Under the pieces are notes generated by a model. The model saw only the letters and a list, made by a program, of their open reading frames with translations, was not told the origin of the DNA and made no database searches. DNA of 62,562 bases, counting the filler, from Chiloscyllium plagiosum (taxonomy: Eukaryota), in assembly GCF_004010195.1 (NCBI RefSeq). It is 6 parts of one record of this genome, joined end to end, with 100 filler letters (N's around TTAATTAATTAA, not from the genome) between each part and the next. Parts side by side here need not be neighbours in the genome. Positions count along the whole stretch, not along the records: positions 20,526 to 40,709 come from NC_057717.1; positions 40,810 to 45,378 come from NC_057717.1; positions 45,479 to 52,680 come from NC_057717.1; 3 more parts are not named here. One strand, written 5' to 3'. Positions 37,991-49,707 of the stretch are shown in pieces. The translations under genes and the position numbers were made by a program. Position 1 is the first letter of the stretch. Every line of letters begins with the position of its first letter.

Positions 37991-38909
37991 AATGTTGACA
38001 TCGATAGAATAGAGTCCCAAAGGACCACTTGCTCATTAGTGAGAACACAAATTATGGTTTATCTTAAGGATCATCACACCACGGGTGACAGGATGAAGTT
38101 GAGAGGGCGTCCCCTTCGTGGCAATCTCTGTCTGTGTGGGGAGTGGAATCTGCGCCACAAGCCAGCCATCCAGCCAACAGATTACGAGCCTGTGTAACTG
38201 CTATAGATAGAAATAGCCAAAGTCAAAGTAAAATATGAACTTTGATAAGAAGGAAAAAAGGTACAATTCAGTTAACAGTCAAGATAATAACTGAGGAAAA
38301 AAAATACTTCGCTGGGAATTGTATTTTATAGCGAGACAGTTGATTGGATGCTATATTTGGATGAATACAATAAGGTGACCCAAGCGAAATAACCAGAATT
38401 ACTAATTGTGATTAGATATCGATAACTATAAAATATGAGTACATTTTTGATTGGTCTGTGTGAAGCATGCTAAGCATTGTCTGAAAGTAAAAAGCTGATG
38501 GAATATATTTTTGGAGGGTTGGTCCCCATGGGAAATGCCTCCCGAACACATTCTTGAAGAAACCCAAGGTCGGAAGTACGTGAGTGTCGTCTGGTCAGTG
38601 ACAGGAAACCAGAGGACTGAAAATGATTGAAAGTTCCTGCAACGTGAAGCTCAGAAGACAGTCAGATCACCCTCTATCTTATTAAATGGTACAGCACATT
38701 TGAAGGGCTGAATGGACTCATTGTGATTTTAGTTGCATGTGATTTAAAAAGAAACACTTTGTTCCTTCACCTAATATTTTACACACTGGGGCACTACCAT
38801 TTTCCTGAAACTGGGAATTATTTGGAATATTATTTGGAATATTCCATAATCAGCATTCTCCAGAGCATTCTACAATCTGTGTGGATATTACAAAGGCAAG
38901 AGACACAGA

Positions 38910-39520
38910 GAGAGAGGGGTGGGTGCTGCATGCAGGAGTGAGAGTGGTGGAGCATGAGCCTTGTTCGGGTCTCGGTGCTGGAACAGAAATACATTTAGCA
39001 TGAGGGACCAGAGAGCATACAATGACCTTATCCTCGCAGAGTGGGGAATGTTATTGATGTTTGTCCTGTATTGCTGGACATTGCTACAGATCGCAGATAC
39101 TGCACTGAGCTGGGTGGTGAGCTCGGATCATGCTCGGTGGGTATGGTGGTGTGGCCCACTCTGTGAAGAGGTGCACTAACCTATCCACCAGGATATCTGT
39201 GACCCTGTTGAAAAACCGTGGTGTAATTGATCCTTATCTGCGATGCTCTGGGTAAACTGTACATGGCAGCTCCAAACTGAGGAAAGCTCAATCGAGTGCC
39301 CATTTTCCTTTTAAAGATGGCACTAGTGCTAGGGATAATGGAATATCCAGGGGCATCCGGGCGATGGTGGATACCTCCAGCCAAGATGGGTGGGAGAATC
39401 GGGCTAGCATTGAATGAGAGGGACGCCATGGGTTAGGGTGGGTAGTTAATAAGGTGAGTTCGATATGATAGCACCAGGAAACTAGCTCGGCCTCGTGCAG
39501 ACAATCCGCCTGTCACACTC
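38910..39520 (-). mobile_element. PIF/Harbinger Myb/SANT-ORF relic
   Basis: Reverse complement of 59420-60030; homology resumes at 40008-40125 after a SINE-containing insertion. Confidence 0.65.
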
Positions 39521-39611
39521 AATGAAAGTCACTCCAAGATAAATTATTGTTAGATTCAGCCCGAGGAGTTGAAGACTCTGCTGACCCCATTCACAGTTAC
39601 AGAGCTGCAGA

Positions 39612-39931
39612 ACGGTGGCACAGTGGTTAGCACTGCTGCCTCACAGCTCCAGAGACCCGGGTTCAATTCCCACCTCAGGCGACTGACTGTGTGGAGTTTG
39701 CACGTTCTCCCCGTGTCTGCGTGGGTTTCCTCCGGGTGCTCCGGTTTTCTCCCACAGTCCAAAGATGTGCAGGTCAGGTGAATTGGCCATGCTAAATTGC
39801 ACGTAGTGTTAGGTAAGGGGTAAATGTAGGGGTATTGGTGGGTTACGCTTCGGCGGGTCGGTGTGGACTTGTTGGGCCGAAGGGCCTGTTTCCACACTGT
39901 AATGTAACGTAATCTAATCTAATCTAATCTA
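39612..39931 (+). mobile_element. HE1-type V-SINE
   Basis: A/B boxes, V-domain and (TAATC)4 tail. Confidence 0.92.
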
Positions 39932-40611
39932 AACAAATCCTTACCCAAAACTCTCCATCATCTGAACTCATTACTATATTCCATTCGCCATCTTTCCTGG
40001 TAATACTGGCTTATGTTGCCGGATGCTATTGAAATGTCTATATTTCAGCATTCTAAAACCTGTGAACACATCCTTCCAAGACATTGTTGCACAATTTCAC
40101 CCTCTATGTCTATACCCAAAACCACATTAATTTACATTCATGCACAGAGACAGGCCATTCAGCCAAAACTGGTCCAACCAAAATGTCCGTCCACATTAAC
40201 CCCATTTCCCTGCACTTAGCCCATATCATTCTCTGCCTTTTCAGTTCATATATTGTTCGAACAAAGTGCAACGAGGTTTTGTGATATCAAGAAAGGCTTC
40301 AGGAAAGATCTAGCTGAATCTACCATTCATCTCAACTAGCAATCAGATTACGCAGAAACAATTTGACTGGAGGTTATAAACAAGAAGTATAAGCAAACAC
40401 TATTGGGAGATGTGTATGAAAGTCAATACTGCAGGGAAAAAATGTGTACGTTCTAAACAGGAAATTAGACATACAAGCGTTTGCAGGCAAAACTCAACGG
40501 GTCCAATACTATTTGAAGGAAGAAAGTCGAATGTTTGGCGCTCGAAGAGCACAGCTGAAAATGTGTTGCTGGAAAAGCGCAGCGGGTCAGGCAGCATCCA
40601 AGCAACAGGAG

Positions 40612-40648
40612 AATCGACGTTTCGGGCATAAGCCCTTCTTCAGGAATG
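40612..40648 (-). ncRNA. Minimal hammerhead ribozyme motif
   Basis: Reverse complement ATTC-CTGAAGA-A-GGGC(TTAT)GCCC-GAAA-CGTC-GATT; core intact, GUC site. Confidence 0.7.
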
Positions 40649-40876
40649 AGGAATGTGCGTCCAGCAGGCTAAGATAAAAGGTAGGGAGGAGGAACTTGGT
40701 GTAGGGGCGNNNNNNNNNNNNNNNNNNNNNNNNNNNNNNNNNNNNNNNNNNNNTTAATTAATTAANNNNNNNNNNNNNNNNNNNNNNNNNNNNNNNNNNN
40801 NNNNNNNNNTCCACCGCCCCTACCCCATGTCCCTCCTCCCTACCTTTTATCTTAGCCTGCTGGACACACTTTCCTC

Positions 40877-40912
40877 ATTCCTGAAGAAGGGCTTATGCCC
40901 GAAATGTCGATT
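40877..40912 (+). ncRNA. Minimal hammerhead ribozyme motif (stem III C>T)
   Basis: ATTC-CTGAAGA-A-GGGC(TTAT)GCCC-GAAA-TGTC-GATT. Confidence 0.6.
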
Positions 40913-43900
40913 CTCCTGTTCCTTGGATGCTGCCTGACCTGCTGCGCTTTTCCAGCAACACATTTTCAGCTCTGATCTACAGCATCTGGAGTCCTCACTT
41001 TCTCCTCGAAGAGCACAGCACGTCAGGGCGCATCATGAAGCAGGAAAGTCTATGTTTCGGTCGTAAGCCCTTCATCAGGAATTCATTTCAGAATTCAGTT
41101 TTTCCTAATCCTCTGAAGGAATAGAGTGAGTCAACATTTTTAATTTGGGAATTTTTCATCCGAACAGCTTTTGTTTTCCATCTCCAGTATATGCAGCTCC
41201 TTGTTTTATTTTAGATCAGCAATTGTCTTGCATGTTGCATCATTCATGGACGACTTGATCTGGGAGGAAGCGGAAGGGGTGAGGACAGAAAAGCAGGCAA
41301 TGTGTCAGTCATAGTTTTTGGCCTTGTCCACCAGAATGTGAATCCTGAGTTGATGGTAAATGAGGGCTTGTCAAAAGCACCGCACTGGAATTGGACATCA
41401 TTTGAACAGATGTGACAGATCCAGAGAAAGTGGGAGGATGCAGTTTTTCGCGCAGCTGGTCATTGAGTGGCGCAGTGGATAGCAATACTGGCTTACAGCG
41501 CAGTGACCTGAGTTCGATTTCACCCTTTGGTGATACTCTGTGCGGTGTTTGCACTTTCTCCCTGTGTGTGCGTGAGTTTCCTCTGGGTGTTTGGTTTTCC
41601 TCTCACAGCCAAAAATGTCCAGATTAGATTCAGTGACCTCACTAAATTGCTCCGCAGTATCCAGGGATGTGCAGGTTCGGTGGATTGTCTATGGGAAATG
41701 TAGAGTTACCGGGTAACGTTTGGGTTTGTTGTTCGGGATGTTATCTGGAGGGTCAGTGTGGACTCGGTGGGCCAAATGGCCTGGTTCCACACTGCAGGGC
41801 TTCTATAATTTCTATGCAGCTGTCTGTGTTTAAAAACACTTCCCAGGAGACTAACTATAAGTGCTAACACAATTTGCCTCAACAAAATGTTACATCTTCC
41901 GTTTGTCTAACATGAACTCCATCAGCCACTCCTCGGCCCTTTAGCCTATCTGATCAGCGTCCCGGTTTACTCTGAGTTAATTATCTTCACTGTCCACTAC
42001 CTCACTAATTTTGGTGTTATCTGCAAACTCACAATTCCTACTGTATTCACATCCAAATCATTTATTATAAAATGACAAAATCCATTCTATCCTTGTGGCC
42101 CACTGCTGGTCACAGGACTCCAGTCCAAAAATATATAACAGTTCACAATCATTTCCTTCGCATATTTTCCTTCGAGCCAATTACCTCCAACTCTCCCTGT
42201 ATTCCATGTGATCTCACCATGCTAACCAGTTTACCATGCGGACCCTTTTTGAATGCCTTACTAAAGTCTATATTCTATTCCACAGTTCTATTTCTGTGCC
42301 TCTGTCAATCTTATTCGTCACTTCTTCAAAACGATAAATCAAATTAGTGGGACACGCTTTTCCACACACAAAGTCATGTGTGTAATTTACATTTCTAAAC
42401 ACAAGTAAATGCTGTCCCTCAGAATCCCATCCAACAACTTACCCACCAATGACATTGGTCCCACTTGTCTACAGTTTCCTGGCATTTCCTTACCAACTGT
42501 TCTTAAATAATGGCATAACCTTACCTGTGACTGTCCATGATACAAATATCTCAGCCAGAGCCTGAACAATGACTTCTCTAGCTTCCCAACAGATCTGGGG
42601 TACATCTGATTAGTTCATGGATCATAGAACAGTGCAGCACAGTACAGGCCTTTGAGCTGTTGATGTTGTGCCGGCCAACTCGAAGGTCAGACTAACCTTC
42701 ATGCCCATCATTGTACTAAAATCCACGTGCCTAACCAAGAGTCACTTAAAAGGTCAGAGGGGGTTATCCAAAATAATACATTTTAAAATATCCAGCTCCT
42801 CATCTGTAATATGAGCAATTTTCAAGATGTCACTATTCATTTCCCCAAGTTCTCTACCTTCCATATCCTACTCCACAGTAAATACTGATGCAAAATGTTT
42901 ATTTAGTGTCTCACCAACTTCTGTCGTTTCACGCATAGATCAACATTGCTGATCTTTAATGGGTCCTTTTCTCTCCCTGGTTACTCTTTTGACCTTAATG
43001 TAGTTGTAGAATCTCTTTGGAATGTCCCTTACCCTATTTTCGAAAGATATCTTATGTCCCCATTTTGCCCTCCTGATTTCCCTCTTGACTATTAGCCCAC
43101 ATCCCTGGTTCTCCACGATGGATTCACTCGATCACTACTGTCTGTACCAATCATATACTTCCGCCTTTTCTTGAACAGAGCCTCAATTCTGCTCGCCATT
43201 CAGAATTCCCTACACCTACCAGCCTTACCCTGCTCATAGGCAGGAGCATTGTGTCGCTAGACTCTGTAACTCATTTGTGAAGGCCTCCTACTTTCCCGGC
43301 AATAGCTTCTCCAAAGCAGCTTTCAAAGTGCCAACATAAAACATTCAAAGTTGGCCTGTGGCCTCGCCTTCCCTTTGTAACAGGGGCATGGGGACAGAAT
43401 TGCTTCCTCCTGTTCCTGCGCAGCAGTCTCGATGCTCTGAATGATGTCCCAAGGTTATGGAAGAATTTGACAACAGTGCACATAAAACCAGGAGCAAAAT
43501 TACACAAAGTAAATGGACAATAAATATATACATTGGTTTAGTGGTTCTGGAAATTACCCCACCAGTCACCTTATGCAGCGGGTCTGTTACTTTTTCACTG
43601 TCGCCGTTTATAAACAGTATGTAATATACACAGTCCTGTAGTGTTCTGGCACTACTCCCACATACACGGAAGAAACAATAAGAATATTGAAATATTTATG
43701 GTCCATCCCAAAGCAACGCCCATCCATTCCACCCACTCCGAGGAAATGTTCACTTTTATTGGGATATGAAAAGTGATGCCAGGAAGGGGTTAACTGGACC
43801 TGTTTGTTCAGTGACTGTGATTAATGTTCATCTCCATGGGTTGCAATTACCCCAGTGAACGGTTTCCATCTTTTAATGATAAGTGGGTTCCGTTCAATGT

Positions 43901-44054
43901 TTATCCTACAGTATGGTGGGAGCATCATCAACAGTGTTAACAGGAATCAGCAGCTCCAGAGAGACAGGGGGAGAGATCAGAGTCTGAGCACAAGAGTCTG
44001 GATTGATTCAACAATGAGTCAGAATCTGAGAACATTAGACTGAATGTTACATAA

Positions 44055-44235
44055 ATGGATCACAATCTGAGAACGTTAGACTGGAATGTCCCAAGAATGG
44101 ACAGGAGTTTATACAGGGATGTTTGGTTTCTTTCTACATATTATGATCGAGGGTCATTATCGTGGCGGATCAATTATTCACTTTACATTATGCAATATTT
44201 TTATTATCCAATCCTGGCTTTTGTTAGCGTACCTG
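44055..44235 (+). CDS. GPR139/GPR142-like GPCR exon 1 (copy B), open from second ATG
   Basis: MDHNLRTLDWNVPRMDRSLYRDVWFLSTYYDRGSLSWRINYSLYIMQYFYYPILAFVSVP G|GTAAG; 181 nt gives phase 1, compatible with the exon-2 start AG|TTAAC (V-N). Confidence 0.7.
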
Positions 44236-45189
44236 GTAAGTCTCAATGTTCAGTCATTAATTCTATAAACATGTTTGACAGTATCATCCTTGCCACTGAT
44301 ATTGTTCCTGCTAGGACTCTAAATCCACATATCCATTTGATAAACCAGTACTAAATTGTTAAATCGCTCTCTCCCTCCTTGCTTCTGGCAGTGTTACTCA
44401 TGGGTTGCTATGTTAACCTGCACAGTTTCAGCTGTGAACCATGATTCGTTGTATCACTGAACTTGCTATCTAAATATTGAAAACATTGAGGTCACTATCT
44501 TCTATTCTGGTTACAAACTGCATTTCCTTCCTCTGTCTCCATCTCATCCCTGGCCAACATCTGAAGCTGAAATAGACAAATGACAACAGTGGTGATCCCT
44601 TTGGCCATGAACCAATTCCTGACACTACATCCTGACCATTCCTAATTATAACTACTGATAAATCCAACATATACTTCACTGGCTCATCCCATCTGCTATT
44701 TGAACCATAAGCTGTGAAATACAGTCTTAAAGATGACATTCGTCGGTTGCTGACACTCACAGCTGCAAACCCGCAGAAACAAATCTGCGTCAATACTCCA
44801 CAGCTCATATCTGATATCACACAGAACTCCCCATCCATCCATCATTCCTGTGCGTGCTGATCTATAATGCTATTTGGTCCGGCAATGCCTTTACTTTAAT
44901 ATTCTCAAGCACGTCATTAACAGCTGCCCATGAACCATCTCTCTCTGTCCATTATACCAAGCCCTAACAGGTGTTCACATTTGAACTGATTTCCATGTGT
45001 GCACTCTCTTAGACAATGATTTTCACATCTAACACTGCCCCAGAACCACACACACGCACACATAAAACCCCTTGCCTTGAACTGATGCATGAAGATACAG
45101 AGACATTATTTTGAGGGAGCCTATTTACTGTCATTCGCAGTATAGGCGGTAAATTGTCCCGTGTTAGTCAGTTGTGTAGTGCAAATGTG

Positions 45190-45378
45190 GCAGCAATATA
45201 CTGGCAAAGCTTTACAATACTGCTATGCTGGACAGCTGGTCCAGCTTACTGAGCAATACACTAGCATAGTCTGCACAGCTCCCCATGCTGGCCAGATAGT
45301 CCACCTTACCGAGCAATACACTAGCATGGTCTGCATAGTTCAACATGCTGGCCAGATAGTCCACCTTACTGAGCAATG
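45190..45378 (+). repeat. 60-bp tandem repeat in intron of copy B, running into gap
   Basis: GCTGG..TCCA.CTTAC.GAGCAAT units start at 45227, 45287, 45347. Confidence 0.85.
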
Positions 45379-45510
45379 NNNNNNNNNNNNNNNNNNNNNN
45401 NNNNNNNNNNNNNNNNNNNNNNTTAATTAATTAANNNNNNNNNNNNNNNNNNNNNNNNNNNNNNNNNNNNNNNNNNNNGAATCAGAACAATAGACTGAAA
45501 TGTTCCAGCA

Positions 45511-45685
45511 ATGGATCCGAATCTGAGAATATTAGATTGGAATGTTACAACAATGAACAGGAGTTTATCTTTGGGTCTTTACTGGCTTTCTCAGGATTGG
45601 CCATCGTTAGAGTTGCGGATCGAAGCCGGACTGAGGATTATTCAAGCTGGTTACTACCCCATCCTCGCTATTATTGGTGTTCCTG
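45511..45685 (+). CDS. GPR139/GPR142-like GPCR exon 1 (copy C), intact from ATG 45511
   Basis: MDPNLRILDWNVTTMNRSLSLGLYWLSQDWPSLELRIEAGLRIIQAGYYPILAIIGVP G|GTAAG; 175 nt, phase 1. Confidence 0.75.
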
Positions 45686-46539
45686 GTAAGTCTATCCCTT
45701 TCAATTCTATAAACTATGATGAAAATCATTGCTAATTCTGTTATTTATATTTCGCAAAGACGTAGAGTATTTTATTCAGTTTCAGTCACAAACTCGGCTT
45801 CCTTTAAATTAGTTTCAGACTCTTCACTCATAACCATCGCAGAAGAAACATGACTGTCCACATCCTCAACCTGACTTTTGCCTTGAACTGTTTTATGTCT
45901 CGGTATTCTTTCTGCCATCGAATCTGCCCACACCCACCTCGACAATATCCCCAGTCTCGACGTTTGCCTCAATGCTGTTGCTGAATTAAACATCATCTAG
46001 CCCTTTGTTAACTTCAGAATTTATTGCTCCCGATGTATTCTGACCTCTCTACCAGTGACAAATATTTTGACCACAAACTTGTTGCCGTCACTTAAGGTTC
46101 TTCACAACAGGTTCTCTGTATTAGATTCATAATGTCACTGCACGTGTAATTCAGAGGCAAAGGTGATGACTCTAAAGGCTTTGTTTGAAATCTTATCACC
46201 GTCGATGACTGAACTTAAAGTCGAATGACAAAAATTGGAATAAAATTGAACTGATAGAAAAAATAAACAATCAGGATTTCTTTTAATATTTCACTAATAG
46301 CCTTTGGTAAAGAAACTTAACATTATTGCCCGGCTGGACGAAGGCCGACTTCAGTTCCACGATAAAATATTTGGCTCCATGTTGTCTTGCAAAATGGCCT
46401 CACAGTCAAGAGCAATTTGGATGGACGACACATGCTGCCCTTGCCAGTGATGCTGACATACCATGAAACAACAACATTAAAGGTGGAATAAACCAAGGAA
46501 CTGTGGATAATGGAGATCGGAAATAAAATACTCCAACGT

Positions 46540-46540
<1 letters not shown>

Positions 46541-46575
<35 letters not shown>
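46541..46575. repeat. (GA)n microsatellite
   Basis: About 17 perfect GA units. Confidence 0.95.
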
Positions 46576-46579
<4 letters not shown>

Positions 46580-48963
46580 GAGAGAGAGAGAAAGGAAAAG
46601 AAAACAAAAGGATTGCTGATGATGGACTGGAAGGAAAATAGAATGACAAGTTATTCTAACATTCCTGTCTTTCCCATATTCCCGAATATCAAGTACATTT
46701 AGGTATGTCCCTGATTAAAGTGAGTTATGTTCCCTCTGTCTCTCTTCTCTGAGTGTGATGATCTATTCCATTGGCAATACTGGTGCTGCCCTTACAGTTG
46801 CTGAGATACAGAAGAAGGAAATGTTACAGAGTCAGCAGCTTCTTTGGAGAGAGGAACTGCTACTGTGGGGCTTTACAGAGATGCAACGGCTTTCTCAGCC
46901 AGGAAGAGAAACTAAGGAGAGGGAGGCATTTTCAACCCTGAATGGGTGCACCATGTGTGTGTGGCATTGACTTGCTGCTGTCATTAGAAAGTCAGTGGAG
47001 TTTCTGTGGATGGTGTTCTCAGGTTTGTTTTGTCAGCTGCTGAGTTCATTCTGGGAGAACGGAGGGTCTGGTGATCGCACTCTGGACTCTGCATTTGCAG
47101 CGTGTCTGGGTCCATGGTAAACAAATGGAGCGAAGACTACACAGAAGGGAAGCTCTGGAAACAAGGAGGAGCAAAGCACTGCACTTTCCTTCCTGGGATT
47201 TCCAGGAAGATTTGTCTAAGCTGGACCCATTCAGGTGTAATGAGTGAAACCAGCTTGTTTCAAAAATGAGGTGCTCACTGAGCTGTGTCCCTCCTTCAGT
47301 GTAACCTGTAGCCTCACACCAGGGACAGGACTGTGCTTTCTTTCACCATGAATTTACCTGTTTTAATTCTGGAACTTTCCAGGCAGGAGTGGGTAATGTA
47401 TTCACCATCTTTGAAGTGTTGTCCTCCGATGTATAACGAGCTGACAGAAGCCACCTGCCTGCTGAAAGGAATGCATTGATTCCATCTCCACAGGAGAAGG
47501 TACAGAAACGAACTTCCAGATATACTAGAGAGAAGTGGGACTGGTGAAAATGAGGAAATGCAGGAAATTAGAATTAATGCAGGTTATTCTTTTGGAAATC
47601 NNNNNNNNNNNNNNNNNNNNNNNNNNNNNNNNNNNNNNNNNNNNNNNNNNNNNNNNNNNNNNNNNNNNNNNNNNNNNNNNNNNNNNNNNNNNNNNNNNNN
47701 NNNNNNNNNNNNNNNNNNNNNNNNNNNNNNNNNNNNNNNNNNNNNNNNNNNNNNNNNNNNNNNNNNNNNNNNNNNNNNNNNNNNNNNNNNNNNNNNNNNN
47801 NNNNNNNNNNNNNNNNNNNNNNNNNNNNNNNNNNNNNNNNNNNNNNNNNNNNNNNNNNNNNNNNNNNNNNNNNNNNNNNNNNNNNNNNNNNNNNNNNNNN
47901 NNNNNNNNNNNNNNNNNNNNNNNNNNNNNNNNNNNNNNNNNNNNNNNNNNNNNNNNNNNNNNNNNNNNNNNNNNNNNNNNNNNNNNNNNNNNNNNNNNNN
48001 NNNNNNNNNNNNNNNNNNNNNNNNNNNNNNNNNNNNNNNNNNNNNNNNNNNNNNNNNNNNNNNNNNNNNNNNNNNNNNNNNNNNNNNNNNNNNNNNNNNN
48101 AGACTCAGTCAGAAAGATTGCACTTGAAATAGGCAATGGTCACCTACCTGAATGGAAATGAAGTGTAGGAATAAGGAAAACAAGCAGAGGAAGGGAACTA
48201 ACTTTACCTTTATTCTTCTCTCACGGGATGTGTGCAGCCATGCCCAAGCAAGCATGCTATGCTAGCTTAAACTGAGTGACTGGTTCAGCTGTTCCACAGG
48301 ACAGTCAAGATTAAAACACATTGCTGTGGGTTTGCCCAGACGTGACTGGGGAAGGATAACGAATTGACTTCTCTGAAGGACATGGAGCAAGCAGATGGGC
48401 CTTTTCTCACAAATGATGATAGTTTCAGTTCAATTACATCAATTTCGTTCATGAGATATCAACAGATTATTGTTCTGTGCCTCTAGATTATGTGTCAATG
48501 ATTTAAGCAGCATGCAGTGTCTGCCCGTCTGAGAGAATCTGTGCAGTAAACAAGTTCAACATACTCAAGAGCAATTATTCTCTAATTGACATGTGGTTAC
48601 AAGGGACTTGATAAATTTTATCCAGATTTAACAAAGGCACAATTGATGGTTTATTCAGAAGATGCGCTGAGGCAGAGGAGGAGTCGGCAATATCATGGTG
48701 GTGGTATTGGACAGGATTAGTGAGTGGGAGGATATAGAAATGTAGATCTGTGCAGGGATAGAAGGATCATGGAGTTTGAGAACAGTCTGGTTCTCCTCAC
48801 AATTTGGTGAGCAACTTGTCATGAGTAATTTGCTCGATACAATTTGTGATGAATGGAACATTTCATTGGAATTGAAAATTTTAACATCCACCTTTCTAAA
48901 TTTTAAATAATATGTGCAGCAATTCAGTCCAACCTGGCTTAATGAACAGATAGAATGAATTAC

Positions 48964-49137
48964 CAGGAACACCAGCTTAGCGAGGATGGGATAGTAACCA
49001 ACTTGAATAACCATCAGTACATCATAGATCCGCAAAACTAATGAGATCCAAGGCCGAGCGAGACGGTAAAGACCGTCGGATAAACTCCTGTCCATTGCTG
49101 GAACATTTCAGTCGAATGTTCTCAGATTGTGATCCAT
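48964..49137 (-). pseudogene. GPR139/GPR142-like GPCR exon 1 (copy D), frameshifted before donor
   Basis: MDHNLRTFD* then MDRSLSDGLYRLARPWISLVLRIYDVLMVIQVGYYPILA; GCT-AA-GCT-GGT-GTT-CCT-G|GTAATT is 1 nt short versus copy C. Confidence 0.75.
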
Positions 49138-49707
49138 TGTTGGAACATTCCAGTTTAATGTTCTCAGATTCTGATCTTCCTCCCCCTCTCTCTGGGTCTG
49201 CTGAGGCCTGTTAGTGCTGTCGGTGATGCTTCCGCTGATACTATGGGATAACACATTGAACCGAGTCCCTAATTAATAGAAGAGGAAAGCCCTCCAGTGA
49301 CATATTTAGGATGCACGAAGACTGACATCAATCACGGTCGCTGAACAAATGCCTCCCGTTAACCCATTTCAATTCAATACGTTTTATTAAAATTCAACAT
49401 TATGAATACAATTTACATATTCTGGATGTGATATGTGGGGGAGACTGAGGAAACAAATGTTAGGTCTGGTAGATCAATCTTGTGTAACCATTCAATCTGT
49501 CTTGGATATGGGAGCAATTTTCAGAATATAAGCATGCTTCTCCGTTTATCAATTGAAACATACGTTCTGTGTCCACTGATCAGGCACTGCAATATCAGGA
49601 AGACATTGAGAGAACTTCTATCGTCCATTATCTGAGAATAAAATATCCCTAATACTACGTGCGGTTATAACAGACTGCGATATGGTTATGTTAAAAGGGA
49701 ATTGTAC

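Larger units (their letters stand above)
40553..41004. mobile_element. Young Penelope-like element with inverted termini spanning a gap, with TSD
   Basis: 40553-40709 is the reverse complement of 40810-40971; CTCGAAGAGCACAGC at 40541-40555 and 41005-41019. Confidence 0.75.
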
